In this document: one piece after another, positions 56,841-64,000 of the stretch
Layout: every line of letters begins with the position of its first letter
Position numbering within the stretch: position 1 is the first letter of the stretch
Assembly (NCBI GenBank): GCA_022841985.1
Contig: JALHQL010000006.1
Coordinates: 16-64,015, forward strand
Reading direction: 5' to 3'
DNA: 64,000 nucleotides
Source of the DNA: Minisyncoccota bacterium
GTDB lineage: Bacteria > Patescibacteriota > Minisyncoccia > Phycocordibacterales > Phycocordibacteraceae
The notes under the pieces: model-generated
The model's database searches: none
What the model was told of the DNA's origin: nothing
The model's input: the letters and a program-made list of their open reading frames with translations, nothing else
Made by a program: the position numbers and the translations under genes

Positions 56841-57835
56841 GACTTTTTACTCCCGAACAGACCCCAACCGAACGAGAATGGGAAACTGAATCCATTTTTA
56901 TTACTTGTTTGGCGCCACACATCACTATTTCCACTAGTGGGTTTGTTGTTATTATTTTTCCCGGGTGCTGTGTCACTTCCACCCGAATTCCCTGGTCCTG
57001 TGCCAGGACCATCATTCCCGGAATTCCCAATACCAGGAGGAGGCGGGTCCTCCCCATTCCCCACCCCATTGTTCCCTTTTGGCGACTTATCATCACAAAC
57101 GAACTTCGGTTGATCTTTTGAACTTACCGCTCGAATAAGCACGTCGACTGAAAATGAATCTGTCTGCGCCGCATTTCCGAGCACACCTCCATCACATTTC
57201 ATTGCGCCAGTTTTAGAATTCACGGTGAGATTCCCCGTGCACCAACACATCCCAACGTACTTTGTCTTCCCTTGTTTGATAAAGCTATTGTTTTTCGAAT
57301 CTCCGACGGCGTACGTTTTATTATTTAATACATGTAGCGCTTGTTGTATCGTCGTGCCGAATATTGTTTCCTCACTTGGCGGCTCGAATTTTCCATCGCC
57401 ATCATCAATCCATCCGTAGAATTCCGTGCCCGCCGCGAGCTCTCCTGAAACATTTCCATTTGGATCCACGAGTGCCTCTGGTTCGTTTATACCGCTTTCA
57501 TCGTTCTTCATGTTCTTGAAGTCGATGCACGCATATGCGTCTGATTTTTTTGCGTGAATGCTTATCACGTTACACCCGAAGTCGCCAGGCTTCACATCGT
57601 TTAAATTAAAGAATTTATCGACGCCTGGCGTGAGATCTTTGAGTGCCCATGTCGCAGACGGAACTGACACGCCGTTGTACCATGCTTTGCTATCTATTTT
57701 TAGATCAAGCTTTGTTGAAGTAAACGACGCTGTCGCCACCGTGTCTCCTGGCACAAATGATGCTGCAGTACCGGCAAACACCATCATCCCAAGAAGGATG
57801 ATGGTGCGCTTGCCGATGATGCGTATTGGGCTCAT
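56837..57835 (-). CDS. TasA-like secreted protein, divergent paralog with a Gly/Asn-rich C-terminus
   Basis: Signal peptide MSPIRIIGKRTIILLGMMVFAGTAASF, KLDLKIDSKAWYN similar to the IDLKVDN of its paralogs. Confidence 0.5.
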   Translation of the reverse strand: MSPIRIIGKRTIILLGMMVFAGTAASFVPGDTVATASFTSTKLDLKIDSKAWYNGVSVPSATWALKDLTPGVDKFFNLNDVKPGDFGCNVISIHAKKSDAYACIDFKNMKNDESGINEPEALVDPNGNVSGELAAGTEFYGWIDDGDGKFEPPSEETIFGTTIQQALHVLNNKTYAVGDSKNNSFIKQGKTKYVGMCWCTGNLTVNSKTGAMKCDGGVLGNAAQTDSFSVDVLIRAVSSKDQPKFVCDDKSPKGNNGVGNGEDPPPPGIGNSGNDGPGTGPGNSGGSDTAPGKNNNNKPTSGNSDVWRQTSNKNGFSFPFSFGWGLFGSKKS

Positions 57836-57852
57836 GACGTTATGTCATTGCA

Positions 57853-59301
57853 CTAGCTGCCAATGTCGTCGTTTGTTATTGTGCAGGTGATAGATTCACC
57901 CTCATCGAGAGTCACTACACCACCTAAGACAGCGGGGCATTTTGCACTACCCATGATTGATGCAAAAGAATACCCGACCACTGCATCCTCATTAATGATG
58001 TGAGGGAAATTGGCTGTAACTCCTTGAGATGTATTTTGTGGTACTAACACCCCATCAATACGTAACTTGAACTGATTAGCCGTCTTGGTACCGCCATTGT
58101 CGTTAATTACATTCTTTATGAGCGTGATGTTTCCAGGCAGATCGTTATTTGTGATGGTGCAAGTCTTATTATCGCCCGCTGCAAGCGTAATACCTCCCTC
58201 GCTATCGCAATCGCCGCTAAACGAAGCGACGTAGCCTGCGACACCTGTCTCAGTCACGCTGTAAGCCCCAGGGACAACTGTAGTCGTTACTCCAGAAGTG
58301 ACTGGCGTAATGACGACACCGTTATCAACGAAGAGCTGATAGTCAGCAACGACATTGTTACCACCATTGTCATTCACAACCTGCTTTATAACCGTGATTT
58401 TCGCCGTACGAGTGTTGGTGCCGCCGCAAGAGAAGTTCGGATTGTTACGCGCCTGAACAGCACGGAATGCAACATCGACAGTAGCCTTGTCTGTTTGAGT
58501 GAGATTATTGAGAGCAGCCCCATCGCAAAGCAGGCCGGAATTAACGCTTGGATTTACTCCTTGACCGGCTGCTACGGGATTCAGAGATAAATTGCCGAAA
58601 CACCATCCTTTGGCGATGTAGACAGTCTTATTGGCAGGAATCGGACCTGGAGTTTGTGGTGTCCATACATTATGAGTGGGATCAGCAAGGGCAACTGAAA
58701 ACGGTGTTGATGTAGCGAGATTGTAGAGTGTTTGTACACCGTTAGAAATCGGATTCTCTCCGACTTCATACACATTATCTCCATCGTCTGCCCACCAGAA
58801 CATTTGAATGTTCTGTGCGAGTTCACCATCCCAGGTGTTGTTGATGTCCTCTGGGGCATCAGGAGTTACGAGCTCTGGTTCAGTCGAAGAGTTGTCATCG
58901 TTACTTGTGAGCGACAAATCCATACACACCCATGCATCATTCTGTACATGAAGCGAAATAGTGTCTTCACCTTCATCATCTGGCTTCATATCGTTGAAGT
59001 TGAAGAACAGGAGACCCTTGTCGAGGTCGCTCAAGGGGAAGGAGGTGTCGCAAGAGGTACCCGGAACTGGATACGCTGCACTACCCTGCCATTTCCAAAC
59101 TGGTTCCTCAGAAGTGCCAACGTTGGTACATTTTTTGAGATTGTAATAACTCTCGTTATCTACTTTGAGATCAATTGCGCCGGCAGCAAATGTGTTGCCG
59201 CTCGAAGTCTCAGAGTCCGAAAAGAATGCGCCTGTGCTTCCTATCGCAATGAGCGATATCGAAGCGATAATCACAGCGAGACTAGCGTACATGCGGTGCA
59301 T
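57853..59301 (-). CDS. TasA-like secreted protein, SipW-cognate signal class
   Basis: AIGSTGAFFSDSETSSGNTFAAGAIDLKVDN. Confidence 0.65.
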   Translation of the reverse strand: MHRMYASLAVIIASISLIAIGSTGAFFSDSETSSGNTFAAGAIDLKVDNESYYNLKKCTNVGTSEEPVWKWQGSAAYPVPGTSCDTSFPLSDLDKGLLFFNFNDMKPDDEGEDTISLHVQNDAWVCMDLSLTSNDDNSSTEPELVTPDAPEDINNTWDGELAQNIQMFWWADDGDNVYEVGENPISNGVQTLYNLATSTPFSVALADPTHNVWTPQTPGPIPANKTVYIAKGWCFGNLSLNPVAAGQGVNPSVNSGLLCDGAALNNLTQTDKATVDVAFRAVQARNNPNFSCGGTNTRTAKITVIKQVVNDNGGNNVVADYQLFVDNGVVITPVTSGVTTTVVPGAYSVTETGVAGYVASFSGDCDSEGGITLAAGDNKTCTITNNDLPGNITLIKNVINDNGGTKTANQFKLRIDGVLVPQNTSQGVTANFPHIINEDAVVGYSFASIMGSAKCPAVLGGVVTLDEGESITCTITNDDIGS

Positions 59302-59408
59302 AAAATTGTGTGTAATTTAATAATTTCCCTTACTGGTTTCCCTTCCAGCCCGCCGGGCCCCAGCAGTCGGGGCTCGGAACGGCTAAAGAGAACTTACTAC
59401 TACTGTGC

Positions 59409-60293
59409 TTATGGTGTAGTCCAAGTAGGTACGTAGCTCGTGCAGGAGAAGTTCGGATTGTTACGAGCTTGTACTGCGTAGAACTGCATATCGCCCTGTA
59501 CTTGATCGGTCTGCGCCGCATTGTTCACAAGCGTTCCGTCACACTTAAATCCTGTGCCATCGAGTGGTGAGCGCGCAACACCCGATCCATCCTGTGTAAG
59601 ATTAGTCGGAGTGAGTGTACCTGCGCACCAGATCTTACCGATATATACAGTTGAGTTGCCTGGTACTGGATTCGTACCGAATGCGCCAGCTGCAGGCGAT
59701 GCGAGAGCGATTTGACCCGCGCTGTTCAATTCAGCGAGCGAGCCGCCAAGGAAGATTTTCTCAGGAGTCCCACTCTGACCTGGAGTCGGTTCATAGACAT
59801 TGTCGCCATCATCTGCCCAGAATGCGAATTTCAATACGCTATCGAGTTCACCCTGATTAAGGCCCGGGGGTTCGCAAGTGCCATCGTCAGACAATTCAGG
59901 TTCCGTACACGACTGATCAGAATCATCAGTGATACGCGCAGCTGCACACATCCATGCATCGTTTGAGCCGACATGGATCGAGATAGTGTCCTCTCCGTAA
60001 TCTCCAGGCTTCACGTCCTCGAAGTTGAAGAACTTGTGAGTTCCTGCTACGAGGTTAGCAAGCGTCCAAGAGTTCGCGGGATTTGCAACGAGTGCCCCCG
60101 TTGAGGTTCCGACAAATGTTGGAATGTTGAAGTCAATTGCGTAGCTTGTATTATCAATTTTAAGATCAATATCGCCAGCAGCAAATGTGTTGCCGGTGGA
60201 TGTTTCAGTATCACTGAAGAATGCTCCTGTACTTGCAATCGTCGCGCCACCAAGGGCGACAATGACTGCAAGCGAGAGAAGAAGTTTTTGCAT
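59409..60293 (-). CDS. TasA-like secreted protein, SipW-cognate signal class, first gene of the operon
   Basis: Start trimmed to MQKLLLSLAVIVALGGATIASTGAFFSDTETSTGNTFAAGDIDLKIDN (coordinate within 1 nt). The upstream part of the listed ORF starts at TTG and lacks this signal. Confidence 0.65.
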   Translation of the reverse strand: MQKLLLSLAVIVALGGATIASTGAFFSDTETSTGNTFAAGDIDLKIDNTSYAIDFNIPTFVGTSTGALVANPANSWTLANLVAGTHKFFNFEDVKPGDYGEDTISIHVGSNDAWMCAAARITDDSDQSCTEPELSDDGTCEPPGLNQGELDSVLKFAFWADDGDNVYEPTPGQSGTPEKIFLGGSLAELNSAGQIALASPAAGAFGTNPVPGNSTVYIGKIWCAGTLTPTNLTQDGSGVARSPLDGTGFKCDGTLVNNAAQTDQVQGDMQFYAVQARNNPNFSCTSYVPTWTTP

Positions 60294-60535
60294 ATAATTT
60301 ATTTTTAAGTTGAGTTTTTTGGTTAATAGTTTTATGTGATGCGTTGTGCGATTACTATTATCGACCAAAAGTATCGCGTCGCGTGAGTCGCGAACGCGAC
60401 ACACAAAGTAAGTGTCTCCCTCTGCCGAAAGTCTGACAAGTGTGTACACTGGTAACATCCTGTGTACAAAAAAGTGGATAACTTTCCATAAAAACGTGGT
60501 GAAATAATGCGCCCTGTCTCTGCTATAGTTGTCAC

Positions 60536-61303
60536 ATGAGAATAGTCTCGTGGAATGTAAATGGCCTGCGCTCGCTTGCAAAGGATGGTCGTTGGGAATC
60601 TTTTCTGAAAGGTACGAAACCAGACATATTTTGCCTCCAGGAGACGAAAGTGAGCCCGGAACAGGTATCTGAAGCAATGCTCTCCCCTGCCGGATTTCGC
60701 TCGTTTTTTTCGTCGTGCCAAGTGAGAAAAGGCTATAGTGGCGTGGCTATTTACTCAAAAATTGAGCCTTTGAAAGTCATTTATGGCATGGGAATAAAAG
60801 AGTTCGATCAGGAGGGGCGATTTGTCGGTGCTGAATATGAGGACTTCTGGCTTATTAATGCGTACTTCCCCAATGGCGGCCAAGGTCCAGAACGTCTCGA
60901 TTACAAAATGCGATTTTATGATGCTTTTCTCACATTTGTAGAGAAACTCCGTAAGCAGAAACCAGTCATATTCTGTGGCGATGTGAACACTGCCCATGAG
61001 GAAATCGACCTCGCGAGACCGAAAGAAAATGAGGATACTACAGGATTTTTGCCCGAAGAGCGTGCCTGGATAGACGAAGTTATCAGTACTGGCTACATTG
61101 ATTCATTCCGGCATTTTTATCCTCATACCAAGGAGGCTTACACGTATTGGGATATGAAGACCCGAGCACGCGATAGAAATGTCGGCTGGAGAATAGACTA
61201 TTTCTTTATTGCAAACGAATTTATTAAGAACATTAAAAAAGCAGAAATTCATAGCAGCATATACGGCTCCGACCACTGCCCTCTTTCTATAACCATCTCC
61301 TAA
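60536..61303 (+). CDS. xth: exodeoxyribonuclease III / AP endonuclease
   Basis: MRIVSWNVNGLRS...FCLQETK...GDVNTAHEEIDL...SDHCPL. Confidence 0.9.
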   Translation: MRIVSWNVNGLRSLAKDGRWESFLKGTKPDIFCLQETKVSPEQVSEAMLSPAGFRSFFSSCQVRKGYSGVAIYSKIEPLKVIYGMGIKEFDQEGRFVGAEYEDFWLINAYFPNGGQGPERLDYKMRFYDAFLTFVEKLRKQKPVIFCGDVNTAHEEIDLARPKENEDTTGFLPEERAWIDEVISTGYIDSFRHFYPHTKEAYTYWDMKTRARDRNVGWRIDYFFIANEFIKNIKKAEIHSSIYGSDHCPLSITIS

Positions 61304-61633
61304 AAGACAAGTTGTCCACAGGCATGTCCTTTACAATGTCCTTTACTGGAATAGTATTGGCAAAGGAAGGGATGTTCTTTCTATAGTTCTCTATCGGCGT
61401 CGGTGCGCTTCTCGAGGCTCCTGCCTACGTCGCGGCGATCCGCGTATAAGTATTGCGCACGGTGTTCCACGTGAAAGCGCCAGTATGCAACGTATAAAAG
61501 CTGCCCTTATTCTCGGGTCGGGGGCCCCATCAAACGCCCAAGCTCCTTTTTGCCTCCGGCCACCACAGGGTGGCTTTTTTGTTTCTATCTACGAATTATC
61601 CCCTAAATACCTTGGTGTACGTTACACGGGAAA

Positions 61634-63190
61634 CTAACACACGTGATATTTGTCCATTATGTGCTTTATTTCCTCATCTTCAGCCGCTTCCCTACGCTGC
61701 TTCCCTGCTTCCCCAAGCTTCTTCAGCTCTTCATCAGACATTTTAAATAGCTCTTCGGTTCTTTTATCAAGATATTCCTCGGTGTTTTTAGCAGAATCAT
61801 CAAGTATCTCCTCAAGAAGAGCATTAAGCGCCCATCCTATTTTCGGCCCAGGTTTCACATGAAACTTATCCATAATATGCACCCCGTCTGTTTTAAGCAT
61901 CGTCACAGAGATAGGATCGCGAAGCGCTTGATCTACCATCGCTTTATACTTACGGAAGCGAAATGGCTGTTCTTTAGGCCTTCCTGTCCCTATACGGTCA
62001 CAGATACGAAGATTGAGCAGATCCATTATATTCTCCTCACCAACGTTCTTTATCATGCGGCGCACAGCAGAAAGGGTAATTTTCTCGGGATCAGAGAAGA
62101 ACATGTGCCAACGAACCAATTTAACGACTTTATCTATGGTTTCACGTGAAAAATGAAGGTCTTCAAGAGCCTTTTTTGTTACACGTGAACCAACAACTTC
62201 ATGTCCATGGAAGCTCCAATCCTTCCTTTCTTCTATCCAACGGCGAGTCTCTGGCTTAGATATATCGTGATACAGGCCAGCGAGACGTATGTCGAATCCC
62301 CACTTTTTATCTGCGGCGTGCTGCATAGTACGAAGATTGTGTCCAAAAACATCGTATGAATGTGCCTGATTCTGTTCGACACCAATGCCACGAATCAAAT
62401 CAGGAACAATAAATGCTAGAATACCGAGCTGTTGCGCCAGAACGAGCGCATTCATCGGCTGATTTGAATTAAGTATCCTCACAAACTCATCTCGAACCCT
62501 TTCACGTGAAACACTGCTCAAATGCTTGCTATTTTCGCTTATAGCCCCCGCCGTATTGCTTTCTATGCCGAATTCAAGCTCTGCGACTAGGCGAACCGCA
62601 CGAAGCATGCGTAGAGCGTCCTCATTGAACCTCTGCGAGGCGTTACCTACTGCCCGCACCACTTTGTCCTTTATATCTTTTTGACCGTCGTACGGGTCAA
62701 CTACGTGTCCTTTAGAGCCCTCTAGCGCGATAGCATTGATCGTAAAGTCGCGTCGGGCCAGATCTTCGAGTAGGGAAGTACCGAACTCTACTTTATCCGG
62801 TCGGCGTTTATCAGAATAGCTAGATTCTGTACGATAGGGAGTAACCTCAACGATAGCGAGGCGAGGATCTTCAGAATTTGTCTTAACACCCACCGTGCCA
62901 TAGTCGTTTTCATAAAAAGAGTCCGGAAATACGGCCTGAATCTGATCCGGTGTGGCATTTGTAGTGATATCCCAATCCTTGGGTTCCCGTCCGATGATAA
63001 GGTCGCGGACACAACCGCCTACAAGATAGGATTCAAATCCAGCCTGCCGTAGACTATTTCCGACTACTGAGACCTCTTCTGGAACTCGATACACCATGAG
63101 CGAATCGTAGCATAGCATTCCTGGTTTTTTCGCATTTGTACCGTAAGCACGCAAAAGCTCGAGCTTGTGCTCCTTGCACTTGCCTCGCAC
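61634..63190 (-). CDS. cca: CCA-adding tRNA nucleotidyltransferase with a C-terminal HD domain
   Basis: LVGGCVRDLIIGREPKDWDITTNATPDQI (polymerase-beta head) and an HD region (YHDISKP...HGHEVVG). Confidence 0.85.
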   Translation of the reverse strand: MRGKCKEHKLELLRAYGTNAKKPGMLCYDSLMVYRVPEEVSVVGNSLRQAGFESYLVGGCVRDLIIGREPKDWDITTNATPDQIQAVFPDSFYENDYGTVGVKTNSEDPRLAIVEVTPYRTESSYSDKRRPDKVEFGTSLLEDLARRDFTINAIALEGSKGHVVDPYDGQKDIKDKVVRAVGNASQRFNEDALRMLRAVRLVAELEFGIESNTAGAISENSKHLSSVSRERVRDEFVRILNSNQPMNALVLAQQLGILAFIVPDLIRGIGVEQNQAHSYDVFGHNLRTMQHAADKKWGFDIRLAGLYHDISKPETRRWIEERKDWSFHGHEVVGSRVTKKALEDLHFSRETIDKVVKLVRWHMFFSDPEKITLSAVRRMIKNVGEENIMDLLNLRICDRIGTGRPKEQPFRFRKYKAMVDQALRDPISVTMLKTDGVHIMDKFHVKPGPKIGWALNALLEEILDDSAKNTEEYLDKRTEELFKMSDEELKKLGEAGKQRREAAEDEEIKHIMDKYHVC

Positions 63191-63248
63191 AAGAACCTGA
63201 AGACAAATGCTCGTGTCTCGGCTCGCTTGGTAGTACTATGGCAGATAC

Positions 63249-63320
63249 GCCCCGATGGTGAAACGGATATCACAACAGTCTTCGGAACTGTAGGTCCAAG
63301 TTCGATTCTTGGTCGGGGCA
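63249..63320 (+). tRNA. tRNA-Arg (anticodon TCG). No encoded CCA.
   Basis: Acceptor gccccga/tcggggc, D-arm gtga/tcac, anticodon arm acagt-ctTCGga-actgt, T-arm ccaag-ttcgatt-cttgg. Confidence 0.65.
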
Positions 63321-63383
63321 CATACGAGCAAAGCTCGGGGCACTGGAAACAGAAACGCACGACATGCTATCATGTCGTGCAGA

Positions 63384-63454
63384 GCGGGTATGGTTCAATG
63401 GTAGAACATCTGGTTGCCAATCAGATGATGGGAGTTCGATTCTCCCTACCCGCA
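63384..63454 (+). tRNA. tRNA-Gly (anticodon GCC). No encoded CCA.
   Basis: Acceptor gcgggta/tacccgc, anticodon loop ttGCCaa, T-arm gggag-ttcgatt-ctccc. Confidence 0.7.
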
Positions 63455-63472
63455 CCGAAATACACTGTAAAA

Positions 63473-63901
63473 TCAACGTTTTTTAAGCTTTATTCCAATT
63501 CCTGCGTTATTTTTTATATATTCAATCGCAGCTATAATAATTTTTGGATTATCTTCAAATTGCCTTAGCCCGACATTACATTTCGAACAAAGCAACCCTC
63601 GAACTTCCATTGACGTATGATTGTGATCAAGTAAAGGGCGTTTCATTGGTTTTTTGCATATAGCACATACTCCCTGTTGTTTCTCAAAAAGTTCTGCGTA
63701 CAACTGTCTAAATGGTTCGGCTGTGCCAAACTTCGCCGTTAATTTCTTATCTTCGAGACACTGTTTGCAACAAACTCTTCCTTCGGCCGCAGGGTTTTTC
63801 TCACAATTTGGACAAATACCTTTATCTTTAAAAGCTAATTTTCTTTTCTTTACATACATTTTTTGATACTCTCTTGCCTGTTCTGGTGTTCGAAAAGCCA
63901 T
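63473..63901 (-). CDS. recombination endonuclease VII-like protein (phage T4 gp49 family) with Cys-rich zinc-binding motifs
   Basis: GVCAICKKPMKRPLLDHNHTSMEVRGLLCSKCNVGLRQFED is the Endo VII core. N-terminal CPNC...CCKQC. Confidence 0.65.
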   Translation of the reverse strand: MAFRTPEQAREYQKMYVKKRKLAFKDKGICPNCEKNPAAEGRVCCKQCLEDKKLTAKFGTAEPFRQLYAELFEKQQGVCAICKKPMKRPLLDHNHTSMEVRGLLCSKCNVGLRQFEDNPKIIIAAIEYIKNNAGIGIKLKKR

Positions 63902-64000
63902 GGATTTCCTTATTTATGCTATCCACAATAGCATTCTGTGGAATAACATAGCAGTGCATAAAGCTGTTAGTTGTGTGGATAAAGGACAGGGGACTTTTAT

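Noticed and set aside
63064-63476. ORFs 63064..63360(-), 63167..63568(+) and 63270..63476(-).
   Set aside because: They overlap two well-folded tRNA genes and the cca 5' end. They are artefacts of structured non-coding DNA.
1-64000. Search for CRISPR arrays.
   Set aside because: No short, regularly spaced direct repeats were seen. The only sizeable repeats are the 120-bp and 274-bp inverted elements, which have no spacer-like periodicity.

Overview
This window looks like a bacterial chromosome of a small, streamlined genome, possibly Patescibacteria/CPR-like (inference only). Supporting features: ~50% GC, Lys/Ala-rich tails on ribosomal proteins, pilMNO, SipW/TasA-like genes, and tRNA genes lacking an encoded CCA next to a cca gene.

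The left 22 kb is a minus-strand ribosomal superoperon running rpsL-rpsG-fusA-tuf-rpsJ ... rplC-D-W-B ... rpsS through rplO-secY. It is unusually fragmented by intrinsic terminators and by inserted non-ribosomal genes. Downstream of secY is a giant secreted protein with beta-helix-like and Fn3 repeats.

The middle of the window carries a four-gene secreted/membrane operon, then ksgA, a UvrD-like helicase, a LysM-M23 peptidase, comM, a dksA-like gene, a NYN-domain gene, rpsO, two tRNAs, pilMNO, a csaA-like gene, ruvX, and a PD-(D/E)xK-like gene.

The most interesting region is 41.6-53.1 kb. A composite island abuts the 3' end of tRNA-Ser(TGA). A large serine recombinase gene there sits between a perfect 120-bp inverted-repeat pair. 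Next to it, a 274-bp inverted-repeat pair whose outer ends share the motif CCGCC(A), identical to the tRNA 3' terminus, brackets a defence cassette. The cassette holds a C-protein gene, a RadC(JAB)-fused C5 cytosine methyltransferase gene, a restriction-endonuclease candidate, four tandem mini-HTH paralog genes, and a HEPN-like two-gene module. A third, degenerate repeat follows a GHKL-ATPase plus PD-(D/E)xK nuclease pair.

To the right of the island lie another tRNA, a XerC/D-like recombinase gene, a five-gene operon of one SipW-type signal peptidase gene and four TasA-like paralog genes, then xth, cca, two more tRNAs and an endonuclease VII-like gene.

All functional calls come from reading motifs in the supplied translations and the DNA. 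No database searches were run.
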